Shown here: in pieces, positions 53,510 through 64,000 of the stretch
How the letters are laid out: every line of letters starts with the position of its first letter
How positions within the stretch are numbered: position 1 is the first letter of the stretch
DNA from: Phoronis australis
Taxonomy: Eukaryota > Animalia > Phoronida
Length of the DNA stretch: 64,000 nucleotides
NCBI GenBank assembly: GCA_002633005.1
Contig: NMRA01000001.1
Span: 2,959,695 to 3,023,694, forward strand
Direction of reading: 5' to 3'
The notes under the pieces: model-generated
Seen by the model: only the letters and a program-made list of their open reading frames with translations
What the model was told of the DNA's origin: nothing
Databases searched by the model: none
Translations under genes and position numbers: made by a program

Positions 53510-53762
53510 ACTGCAGCCAGGCCACCAAATTACTCTAATGACCCTGTGGCTGCAGATACACAAACTTACGACTGAAAAAACTCTTACTTCTTAAAAGATT
53601 TTCAGTGGAATACCCATCTGATAGGCTATTCAACACCGTTGTAGGACCCATGCATTTTTAATGTTCAAGGACATATGCCCCAAGTATAGTTTCGAACCCA
53701 CAGAGGCACACTGATCATTGTTTAACTTAAGCGGCTTAGAGCCAAGCACTGGGCTATTACCA
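53510..53762 (-). mobile_element. tRNA-derived SINE (degenerate)
   Basis: Minus strand TAGCCCAGTGCTTGG (A-box-like), GGGTTCGAAAC (B-box), then TGTCCTTGAACA; limits approximate. Confidence 0.45.
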
Positions 53763-54911
53763 AGGGGTATAGTACACTCCTTGGTACTAGTACCTGCTGT
53801 CCATGCAGACTTGACGAGACGATGCACAACTTTGCCTTGGTCACCACATGAGGGCGTGTGATTCTACATAGTTCCTAGTATAGCTGAGGGTTGCCTCATG
53901 TGCCGTTTAAATCGATTGTGCGCCACGCATGTGCTCACCCAGCCTTCAATATGGAGGGGCTCGAATTCCTGACGTTTCGGACCTTTTGGTAACAAAAAAG
54001 CGGGCGGACCAAAAAAAAAAACAGGACGGGGGCACCACTGTGAATTGCGCGTTTGTGCTTGTTTAGTGGACTTTTGTCTCATTTTCTCAGACTTTTTGTT
54101 TCTCACAGGCGGACCTTTTTGCCCACTTCGCCAATTGGGGGGCTCGTTCTAGTGCGCTCATGAAAAGTGAGGGTGTATGATGTTGTCCAACGTCCTTAAC
54201 CGCATTTCTTAAATCCTTTGTAGGATCGAAAAGCTAAGATCGTATGCAGCAGACGATGGCACTTGTCATTCTAGGAAGTTTCGACTAGTGCTCACCCCTC
54301 CTTGTGGCAATGTTGATAGTTCAGAGTTCATTTTTAGTACCTACCAAACCCTTGAGGAATCGTCATGCAATGTGGCAAATTAGTTTCTAAAAGGTGCAGT
54401 AAACCCGGTCCCTCTGTCAATCATAAACTTTTGATTTATTGCACTTATCACTATGAAACATATTTCGTTCTTTCTTTGCTCAGGTTAGATCGGATTTCAA
54501 AGCTTGAGAAGAATTTACGGTTTGTTACTGCTTCACACCAGGGTACTTGTCAAGGCGGGTTAGTTTGATGCAGGTCGTCAACGGCATTCCAGAAGTTTTG
54601 TCTTTCGCTTGTTTGTTCTAGGATTGGCCAACACCCGCCAATGTTCGCACAAATTCGTGTTGTGCTGAGCCCTGCACTTTTCTTAATCTGNTGAAAAATT
54701 TGAGATTTTCTACGAGTAGGTTTTTTTTAACAACAAATGTTACACATCAAGACAGTAAAAGGTTACACATAAATCACGTAAACATGAGCAAAAACCATTT
54801 AGGAAGAAACAAAGTGTAACATTTCAACTAATAACATCAACTTCTCAATGAATAAAAGAATACATGCTTTTGTGACGTCCAGTATTCACAGGCATAAAGC
54901 CAGACAGTTCA

Positions 54912-55325
54912 CTCCCCTGAAAGCCCGATGTTGCATATATGCAACAACAAAATTTCATCCAACATTTCTCTACCTAATAGTCATCAAAATTGAACAAATA
55001 AGACACCTCTGAGTTCTCTGTTACTATTACGCTACAAATGAACCAATGTTTTAAAAAATACTTACCATAAATCGCGAAAGTTTACAAATAAAAATCCAGA
55101 TCCTCAACAAAGTATTCACACGGCAGCCATCTTGAAATTCTTGATGTTTGCTGTTTTACTTTTACACACCAGATGGCTCTGAAACTCAACTGATTTGTGT
55201 TGCAAATATGCAACAATGGGTCTTGATGGTTGCAAACAATATTTTGTGTCACTCCATGCATTTCCAAGGGTTTTTTGAGCCTCCCAAAAAAATGTTGCAT
55301 ATTTGCAACATGGGGCCTTCTGGGG
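54912..55325. mobile_element. piggyBac-like MITE
   Basis: TTCA|CTCCCCTGAAAGCCCGATGTTGCATATATGCAACA ... TGTTGCATATTTGCAACATGGGGCCTTCTGGGG|TTAA, with a third TGTTGCAAATATGCAACA palindrome inside. Confidence 0.7.
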
Positions 55326-56313
55326 TTAAATGACATTCGGCAGCTTTTTATTTATTAGAGGAGTACACTTAGTAATTTTAGAATGACTAACGCTGTTTCT
55401 CTTGGCGCACTATTAGAAAGACTTGACAAATTAGTTACCCTTGTATCTGTAGGGATGCGTACGATGGACCAACACTCTGTGCTATTCTTGTCAAAACAAT
55501 ACAGGTATATTTACACGTGACATTGGGAGCGTATTCATAATTCCATTGAAGCCATCGTCATGTCTTGATACTGTGTTTTTGTACGTAGCTAATAGTGTAA
55601 ATTTTCGACCGTTCCGAACATAACTTTTTGAAACCCTCTGTAAAATTTGTAGTGCCAACTAATTCCACATGCTGGTGAATTTCTTATTTTTATTTCATTG
55701 TTATCATTTTTATTTATTGTAATATTTACAATGAGGGTAGCCCCATCAGTTTTCATTGCTTTCCATGGGGGTCCTCAGTAAAAACATATACAAAGACAGT
55801 AAGACAAATATTAATGTTTGTATTTGACCTGTTGCTTCAACGCACTATACTATTGTGCTATGAGGCGAAACGAGCATAGTTCGTTCTGGCCTATACCCCG
55901 ACTAGTTCAGAGAACTCCACTGATTGACTAAAAGAAAAAGGTTTCAGCTGATGTATTGTATTTTATTTATTTTTTTGAAAAGCTGTACCAAGGGTAAGCA
56001 AAATTTGAAACGCCGTGATTTGCAAAGCAATGCCTAATTACATGTAGGCCTCAGTGATGCACTGGACGGTGTCCGAACATTCCACGCAGAGCAGACCATA
56101 GTAATCACTCAGAAATGATTTAGGCGCTCGAATGGTGTTGCACCATAAAGTGATCGCCATCGCGGCAGTGCAAGATACCACAATATTTGCTGCGATATCA
56201 ACGACCTGCATTTGTACTGCTGCCTGTTGCGTATAATAAATAACTTTATCCGGCTCAGCTCTACACTCTTTCCCATTGTTACGAGTTGTGAAACCGTTCA
56301 CTGACTAAGCAGA

Positions 56314-56703
56314 GACCTGCGCCCGGAATCTAATCTTTTTGCTCGAAATGAAACTCGATTATTTTTGTCATTTTCTGTTCTTCTTTTTGCGAACTCAAGT
56401 AAAATATCTATCAAGTGATCAATGCCTTACGCGGATAACGTTTTAATCCTAGTTTACACTTTCTGATTCCAGCATTAAGGCTAAAACTTTGAGCCTGAAC
56501 TCGAAATTTCGGATTTTTACTCGAATTTGTAGCACGAATATAGAGGTCATCAAGAACAAACTTGGACTAGAAACTCACGTGCGTAAACAATAATGAACTC
56601 GACCACAGGCTGATAGACTCATATACTGAGTTAGCACAAAAGTAGACTGAACAAAAGTGACAAAAATAATTTCGAGTAAAAAGATTTGACCCCGGCCCGG
56701 GTC
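56314..56703. mobile_element. MITE in the putative LRRC74 3' UTR
   Basis: Inverted ends GACCTGCGCCCGGAATCTAATCTTTTTGCTCGAAAT / ATTTCGAGTAAAAAGATTTGACCCCGGCCCGGGTC; repeated ACTCGAA motifs. Confidence 0.65.
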
Positions 56704-56754
56704 TTCTTCACTCGCTGATGACCGTCTGCCACGTGGACACTGCTGTACCCGGCG

Positions 56755-56962
56755 TCACGAATTTAGTGAGAGCGATGTCACAATATCGTTATCATGTGAC
56801 TTGGCTACGTAATCGTCAAGTTCTGATATGTCTCTTTTAAGTACTGTAGTCTGCAACAGTGGGTTGTTCTCAGCTTCCTCCTGTTTCCGCTGGTTGTCGT
56901 CTTTTACTGTTCTTAGGAGCCGTTGTGTCTCTTTATTTTTCTTGTCACCGTCTAGCAGCTCC
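56755..56962 (-). CDS. LRRC74A: LRRC74-like terminal exon
   Basis: (G)ELLDGDKKNKETQRLLRTVKDDNQRKQEEAENNPLL...SLSLNS then TGA. Confidence 0.88.
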
Positions 56963-59900
56963 CTACAAACACGAAAAGCAATGTCTTGTGCAATAACAAC
57001 CTGAGTGGAGAAATCGAGTTATTTTTTCAAGATATATGTTTTGAGACAATATCAACACAATTTCGGTGCAAACTACCGAAACGAGTAATGACGTCAGTAC
57101 TGCTGTACAAGCAGATCCAAGCTCTCAAATCTTTTCAAGATGGAAGTCATTTCCTAGATAGCCGTCTTGATACGAACTTTTCTTGCTAAAGAATTGAATG
57201 TCAAGAACCTCTAGAAACGACCAGAAGCAACATGCAAGTTGAGCGTCAAGCCCACGCTCCACGAACGACTTAGGGAAACAAAATGACCTTTCATAAACTG
57301 ACCCGTAATCTATTTCGCCGTCTCCATCTTTATCCAACTTTATCATCAGTCTGTCAATCTGCTGATCGTTCAACTCGATGCCGGCGCTCTAAAACAATAC
57401 CAACCATAAGGGATCATTTGCAAATTTGCAGTCATGAAATTCTTGTTGCATGAACAACTGTGTGTGTATAAATAAAGGTAACAAGCAAATATATAGTGCA
57501 TTGTGAGTCCAAATTAAGGCGTTGTTAAAAAATAATTTTGGATTAAGACCATTATGTAAAACGACCTGGCTAAAAACCAAAACTTTGCGAGATTACGCGA
57601 GATATTACCGTGTATTTTAAAAGAGAACACGTGAATTTGGCTAGATTTTAGCTAAGTCCTAGCATAGGTCCTAGCGTTACTGAACGCACACCTGGTTTAA
57701 AATTTGGCTACCTTAGTGTATTATCTTATACAAAATGAATAATTCATTCGTTTTTTTTGTTTTGTTTTGTTTTGTTTTGTTTCACCAAAATACGTGTACG
57801 AGCCAAGTAAACGGAAAGGCGATCAGAAACGGGAGACACGAAGTGAACTGAATAAGAAAAGGCCAAATACGTTGCAGCAACTGTTTTGTACTTTTACTTT
57901 ATCAAAAATGTCACCACTCAGTAGAATGACAAAAGGCTCTTCAAAAAACAATGTAGGAATTCTTAACGTTTTATGTACCGGTAATCTTGTTTGAAAATCA
58001 TTTTTGTGGGGAAATAGTGCTCATTAGGCCTATCCGCGTGAGCAAACAATTAGCTGGGTCAAATAATTTTAGGTTTGCTGAGTGAGTTAAGCGTTCCAAC
58101 GAAGGGTCTGATTACCATACCTGAACTCCAAGTACAAACTCCTCTTTGCTAACAGACATGCTGTTGTCTTTGTCGAACTGGCGGAACAGGTCGATTAAAC
58201 GTAGGCCGTTGGCTTGGGCGTAACGTTTTAGTATTGTCATCGGGTCGCGTTCGAATGCTGCCTCAAAGTCGTACTGTAATCACAAATATGAAATGAATGG
58301 GGACTCTTGCACACTATGATGGCACAGCCGACAGCCAAAGGTTGTTCAAAGACAAGTCGCATGGATAATGGTTAGGTAACGCCAACAACAAGGTTGACTC
58401 CCAGTGGTAAGTTCATTTCCCTTGTAAGTCGAACATGTTAATGTTTCACTAAATTGTCATGGGCTTGTTTCACTAACTTTACGACGCTTTGTTACACACG
58501 GTTTAAGTGGTGACTTGCCACAAGTCGTATGTTTTGGTGGTCACCTTTTCAATTCTGTACAAAAAGCGTCGTAAAGTTGGGCATTTCACATTTTAGAAGA
58601 TTATGTGGAATTGATTACTTTCCCCAAAATGACCTAAAACTTTTACACTGGCAAATTGAGCATGAGACTAGTTTATTGTTTCGATAACATTAGAAATATG
58701 TGAATTTACAAGATCTCTACAGGTACGTTTAACTGTGTCAGTTCCTACATAGTTCATTTCAAAACTTTTTCAGTGAAATTGCCTCTGCATTCATGTTGAA
58801 TATTCGTGACAAACAACATACCTGTACAATGTGAGCGGCACCCAGGCGCTCCCTTGTGATGGGACCGTGAACTATTTCTAGGTTCGGCTTCTTTTCTTCA
58901 AGTTTAAATTTTAAGTCCAAAAACGGAGCACTTACAAAAACTTCCTGAAGGAAAACACGAAATGCACAACATTAATGATCTGGGAGCTATAAACTGCAAA
59001 CGAGCTATGCAGGACGTGCAGCATGCGTGACTTTACCACGCCCACTTGCTCTGTGAAAAGGTTTATTTTCTGGCAAAAGTTTCGACGAAGGGTGTCCTCT
59101 TTAAAAAAAATCTCAAGGAAGAGTTTCTTTTCTGATTTCACTGCCTATAAAAAGTTTCACTTTGGGAGTTTAAAACTTCATAAAGAATTTCCCTTTACAA
59201 CAACAAAAATCAACAGGAGAGTGTTAATTTTTAAAATTTTGGTTTCAAAGGACCCAACAAGCTTAGTTATATATGACAACGTATCTCTTCTTGTACTGTT
59301 TCAGTATTAATGGGTTCAGATACAGCTGTCTACAAATCCTTACGGAAGAATCACGTTTAAGAAATTAACCATGCAAAATGGTGGCGTTTTTTCACATAAT
59401 TCTTTGAAATGGTGACTATTCATGGAAGTTACGTGCGCAGCAGCAACTTCTCATCAAAATACAGTCGAGTACTCCTCCCCTCGGGTTAATAGCTACTGTG
59501 AAGAGATTATATAGGCCCTGTGTGAAGAATTCAACAGGGCTGCCGTGGAGATCAGAAAATTTAAACACAGAAGTTAAAATTCATTTTGTCATCAAAATAG
59601 GCACCGCGCCTGTGTTGTAAGGTTATTGCCGGTGAAAAAAAATGAGACCAAACAATTTATGACCACGTATTTTATCTAAGTTGGCTGAAGAAAATGTCTA
59701 ATATATAAACTTTGTGAATTGCAGTGAAAACATTTAGCATATTACACTACTTCAAATTGATTCATGAATATTTTAAGTAATTAAATTGCATCTCGTTACA
59801 ATCAATTTGTAACTGAACACTCACCACTAAATCTAGATATTCGATTCCTGAATTTTCGTTCACATTTATCGACTGTAGTAATGTAAACGCCCCGGAAGCC

Positions 59901-62900
59901 TCTAAAGGATTGTTTCCGACCTGTGTAAAAGCGAAAAGAACATCTGCACGAATTGATTTTTGGAATTAAATATTGAAGTGACGTGATGTCTCGCGAGGAT
60001 CGTCAAGGGATCTCCGTAAAGGTATACAACAGACTGATCCTTGGAATAACTCGGGTATTTTCGTAGCCTTAAATTTCTTCTCGGAGGCGACCTTTACCTG
60101 CACATGAATCGACTTCAGTCATACGCCAATCGTTTTGCAGCTTGAAAGTCACGTGATTGGAGTCCGCTCATGCGCATATAACGTTGACCTCCGAAGGTAA
60201 TTTTGAGGCTACGAAAATACCCTAAGTGCTCTGGTTATGATGCAAGCATTGAGCTCCCCTGTTTCGTCAGTCATATTCCGTCTAGTCCTGAGTCCAGTGC
60301 GTGATGTGAAGTCAAAAGAACAGAAGAGACGCCCACTGCAAAGCTTTCATCTAAGATTCCATAAGAAAAAAACAGACGCTGATTTATCAGCACGGGTTCT
60401 TAATTTTAACATAAGTTCAATTTGAGAGAGTAGGGTTATTGGGCCAAAACACCAAAAAGACACCAAACAGTTTCACTGACTAAACCACCTGTGTTTAACA
60501 TATAGTTCAAGTGTTGCATTTCTGACGTTTTATAAATATTCCACGATGAAGTCATTGCGTTCATGATAATTCGGAGCCTGGTGGTGAAGCAATCGGTATC
60601 TTTAAGGTGTGATTTAAAATTTTAAATTAATGTTAGATCGTCTTTACCCGTAGCACTTTGAGATCTTCGTTCACCATGGTTCCCTTAGCGAGACCCATAG
60701 CGCCCTCAAACGGAATCCTGTTCCAACTGAGATCAAGTTCTTTGAGACATCGATTAGCAATCAAAGCTTTTCCAATTGCTTTCGTTCCTTCTTCGGCAAA
60801 ACCGTTCATGCTTACGTTGAGGTACTTTAATCCAATGTTTTCCTGTAAAACGTTTAGGGGAATTTCTCAAAGCATTATATTCCTTTCACTGAAGTATTCT
60901 GAAATTAAAGTCAATGTAGTAAGGAACACTATCCTTACACTAAGAACGACTTCCGGTTGACTGGGTATCGTCTTAAATTAAAGGCACTCTTTCCTCTTCA
61001 TTTTAAGTAAAAATTTTATAAAACGGATTTTAAAGTTACTTCAGTCGAAACTTAAGCCCAAATAATGCTGACTCGTGCATTATGGGGGAAAGCAGTAAAG
61101 TGAAGTAGTTTTGAATACAATTTCTAACTCGCGGGACTCTCTGGGTTTCCGAGATCACTTACTCTTGTTAAGACTCAATATGAGGGGGCGAACGTGGAAA
61201 GCGAAGCGACCTCGGAGAAATCAGGTGGTAACTGTTATCAATGCAAAATGCGCCATCTTGAAACTTACGGCTAAACCATCAGCCAAAGCCAATGCCCCGG
61301 TGCCCCGGATATGGTTCCAGGCGAGGTCAAGAAGTTCTAAACTTTCGTTATTCCCTAACGCCGTCTTCATGGCAACAATTGTCCTCTCCCCTATGTGGTT
61401 GTTTCGTAAATACAAGAAACGAAGTGTGCTGTTAGCCTGCAAATAGTAGAAAGAGGTGAACTAGTTGACAAAGAAACTTGGATCACAGTTGCAACTCTCT
61501 GGGTAATTACGTACACTGTTTCCATTCAATAAACTCCTCGTGAAATTCATTCCGAATTATCACGAAACTATGTACCATGAAAATATGATGTGGTTTTACA
61601 TGGTTACATACCTTTAATAGCTTACCTTTATGGGCGTAAATGAAAGACCTGGTTGTCTTGTTGAAACGGTCAATGATCGACATCCTCGAACAAGGCGTAA
61701 CACGTACGGATATCGAACCTCTAACTCATTTTTACCCTGACTAAGATTTTTAAAATTAAATTAATTATTTAAAGGTAATATTGCGTTTATAGTTCTACAT
61801 GAAATTTATATTTCGATTTTGATATCCTTGGTGACACGTCTTTCCTAGTTTGTTGACACTGTGAACAAAATACCAAAGTTTTAAAAATACTTACGTCTAG
61901 CATTGCAGATAACCCTTCGCCTACTCTGTCGTGCATTTCATTTCCAGAGATGTCAAGTTTATTGATTGTGTTGTTATCACACAAAAGTCGGAGCAGTCTT
62001 TCTACGCCATCACTGCCTATCGAATTTTCAGGGATAATCTACAAGAAACACGATTAAAATACTGCTCTCAACAAGATTTCCTGCCATATGGTTTACAGCT
62101 TATTATAAACTGATGACCATTGCGAGAGTATTGAATTAAGTTTTTAAGATAGGGTTCCTGCAAAAACCAAGGATTACGGTGGGGACATTTTCGGCGACTG
62201 AGGGGAAAGATTTGTGACGACCGGGAGGAGCGGGGTCGAAAATCGGAAGGGCGTTGAGAAGAGGAACCTCAAATTTATTTCAGCGGTCCCAGATTTCCTG
62301 AGACTCAGGGTCCCTGCGAAACCTTGCTTCGGCAGTGTTGAAACATGTCCAGTGATTATTTCAGTGTAATCCGACCACTGGATTACATGTTGCCTAAAAC
62401 TTTAATGAGATTACATCTTATACTTGATAAAGCCACGCGCGTTTTACTTGTACGGTAAAAGCTTTACAAATCCTGTGGCTTTGTGAAAGTGTTGCAATGC
62501 GGGAAAATTAAAGGGGCGGTAAACCCATGCCTTCTGTTAGGTCACATAATTAAAGGGGCAGTAAACCCATGCCTTCTGTTAGGTCACATAATTATTCTGG
62601 GCTTGTAATTTGCTTCGGACCATCTCGGGCCTCGCCACGGCTTCAAAAGTCAAATCTCAGTAGATAGCGTAGTTAACTTACCAAGTCACTGATATACAAA
62701 TTTTCTTTTAACATAGTACACAGATGCATGGCTCCGTCTTCTCGTATATCATTGCCTTCCAGGTTGATCCTTTCGATTGTTGTGTTCCACTGCAATAATA
62801 ATTAGTTAAAGTTTTATATAACTTCAACTGCTGTTGATGTTGTACACAGATTTTTCGCCACAATCATTGTCTCGTGTAATCTTCTGTCTCAATATGCAAT

Positions 62901-63245
62901 TCAGCTACTGGAACACGAAAAACAAAGAGATTAGACAAAAAGTGTTCAATTTTACTTGATCATAATTGATTGCGTCCTCGCAAACCGCCTTCAGAAATTC
63001 ACTAGCACGTCCAAAGAGTTTTCATCTTACCCACACCAAAGCTAATTTAATCAGTGTCTACTCGTTTACCTCTAACGGAGTTGACATTGCCTTTGTTCCA
63101 TTCGGCCCTAACCCATGGTGCTTCATGACAAATTCTCTGTCTTCGATGTGCCGTATGAAGTACGAGACGGGGATGGCACCAACTTTTTGACATTCATCAA
63201 TATAGGTGCCGGCCCCTGAGAGGCGGCGGATCTCGTCTCTTTCGT
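56755..63245 (-). CDS. LRRC74A: LRRC74A/B-like leucine-rich repeat protein with C-terminal EF-hand pair; 5' part outside the window
   Basis: Ten in-phase GT-AG exons: 63245-63070, 62789-62682, 62038-61895, 61436-61269, 60842-60648, 59920-59825, 58944-58822, 58273-58121, 57388-57303, 56962-56755. YIDECQKVGAIPVSYFIRH..HHGLGPNGTKA matches the recalled LRRC74 N-terminal signature, followed by RI-type LRRs (LDLAWN, LNVSMNGF, LDLSWN), DPMTILKRYA and two EF-hands. A versus B cannot be resolved. Confidence 0.9.
57303..57388 (-). CDS. LRRC74A: LRRC74-like exon (EF-hand 2)
   Basis: SAGIELNDQQIDRLMIKLDKDGDGEIDY(G); phase 2 donor GG|GTCAGT. Confidence 0.92.
57562..57692. mobile_element. ~150-bp MITE, family copy 3
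   Basis: GAGATTACGCGAGATATTACC...AGTCCTAGCATAGGTCCTAGCGTTACTGAACGCACACC is homologous to the 5796 element. Confidence 0.7.
58121..58273 (-). CDS. LRRC74A: LRRC74-like exon (EF-hand 1)
   Basis: YDFEAAFERDPMTILKRYAQANGLRLIDLFRQFDKDNSMSVSKEEFVLGVQ; 153 nt. Confidence 0.92.
58475..58578. repeat. Short inverted-repeat element (probable MITE)
   Basis: AACTTTACGACGCTTT ... AAAGCGTCGTAAAGTT, perfect 16-bp inverted arms. Confidence 0.65.
58822..58944 (-). CDS. LRRC74A: LRRC74-like exon
   Basis: EVFVSAPFLDLKFKLEEKKPNLEIVHGPITRERLGAAHIVQ; 123 nt. Confidence 0.88.
59825..59920 (-). CDS. LRRC74A: LRRC74-like exon (LRR)
   Basis: VGNNPLEASGAFTLLQSINVNENSGIEYLDLV; 96 nt. Confidence 0.9.
60053..60222. mobile_element. 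Palindromic MITE, family copy 1
   Basis: GGGTATTTTCGTAGCCT ... AGGCTACGAAAATACCC; core CTTGAAAGTCAC shared with the 63365 copy. Confidence 0.7.
60648..60842 (-). CDS. LRRC74A: LRRC74-like exon (LRR)
   Basis: ENIGLKYLNVSMNGFAEEGTKAIGKALIANRCLKELDLSWNRIPFEGAMGLAKGTMVNEDLKVLR; 195 nt. Confidence 0.93.
61269..61436 (-). CDS. LRRC74A: LRRC74-like exon (LRR)
   Basis: ANSTLRFLYLRNNHIGERTIVAMKTALGNNESLELLDLAWNHIRGTGALALADGLA; 168 nt. Confidence 0.93.
61895..62038 (-). CDS. LRRC74A: LRRC74-like exon (LRR)
   Basis: IIPENSIGSDGVERLLRLLCDNNTINKLDISGNEMHDRVGEGLSAMLD; 144 nt. Confidence 0.92.
62506..62594. repeat. 42-bp tandem duplication
   Basis: ATTAAAGGGGC(G/A)GTAAACCCATGCCTTCTGTTAGGTCACATA twice. 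Confidence 0.9.
62682..62789 (-). CDS. LRRC74A: LRRC74-like exon (LRR)
   Basis: WNTTIERINLEGNDIREDGAMHLCTMLKENLYISDL; 108 nt. Confidence 0.92.
63070..63245 (-). CDS. LRRC74A: LRRC74-like exon
   Basis: ERDEIRRLSGAGTYIDECQKVGAIPVSYFIRHIEDREFVMKHHGLGPNGTKAMSTPLE; donor GAG|GTAAAC. Confidence 0.92.
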
Positions 63246-63364
63246 CTGAAAGTAGTATGAGACTAAACGTTTGAAATCTTTTGAACCAACGAGTGAAGTG
63301 AAAGGGGCAATACTTTTGGCTGGGTACCGTCATTCGAGGGCTGATGTAATAATGTTTCAGCATT

Positions 63365-63577
63365 GATTCTCATCCGAACACCTCGATCGCAGTATTTTCG
63401 TAGGCTCAGAGATACCCTGGGAGGTGGAACATTACCTGCGCATTTGTTGGCTTCAGTAATACGGTAAATCATTTTCCAACTTGAAAGTCACATGACTTTT
63501 GATTGAAGTCCACGCTCGTGCAGATAATGTTCACCTCCGAGGAGCTACGAAAATACCCGAGGTGTTCGGGATGCATC
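63365..63577. mobile_element. Palindromic MITE, family copy 2
   Basis: CCGAACACCTCG..GTATTTTCGTAG ... CTACGAAAATACCCGAGGTGTTCGG; homologous to the 60053 element. Confidence 0.7.
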
Positions 63578-64000
63578 AGATTGAGCTTGTGTCATTTCTG
63601 CTACACTGTCCAAAGCAACCTGGGATAAAGTACAGCGCGATCATGATCAATACAAAATTTTAACAGGATCTAGCCCAGCCCCCGGCCTAGAATACACGTT
63701 GAAGCATCCAGTACACATTATTAGTCATATCCCACAGACACAGCAGTCTCAAAAGCACTGAATCCGGAGAGCCATGTCAGGTCTCATTTCGAGGTACGTG
63801 AGACAAAATGCGATGTACATGATAATCTGCCGTTAATATCCATCTTGTCAGTCATTGTTTGTCGAATGAGGGTGATTAGAAATTCAGTGGTGACTACAGA
63901 GTTTTTCCTTAGCGCGTATTTCAAAAATAGTTAATTTTGTGATTTTTTCTGGAAATTCACTCCGAACTCTTTGAGCGCATGCGCGCTCATCAGAGGTGGA

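Overview
AT-rich, intron-rich animal (most likely invertebrate bilaterian) genomic DNA from a draft assembly with two N gaps and isolated n bases; it is not prokaryotic. I reconstructed three spliced protein-coding genes by hand from GT-AG junctions and reading phase. (1) A group II p21-activated kinase (PAK4/5/6, mbt-like) on the minus strand, 29676 to 18072; one phase-correcting exon is missing, probably in the 23519-24011 gap. (2) A two-coding-exon, 318-aa multi-pass membrane protein of an uncharacterised family on the plus strand, 46302-49390. (3) The 3' ten exons of an LRRC74A/B-like leucine-rich-repeat plus EF-hand gene on the minus strand, 63245 to 56755, continuing beyond the window. 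Introns and intergenic DNA carry many non-autonomous DNA transposons (hAT-like with 5- and 6-bp TSDs, Tc1/mariner-like, piggyBac-like, Harbinger-like, a 1.4-kb foldback), tRNA-derived SINEs, a 5'-truncated L1/Tx1-type LINE with TSD, and minisatellites. I cannot show a new biological system from sequence alone. The best leads are in the PAK locus: a candidate micro-exon folded with an intronic complement into an ADAR-type hairpin, a duplicated exon-2 acceptor that could give a kinase-less isoform, and a tandem-repeat-derived uORF cluster.
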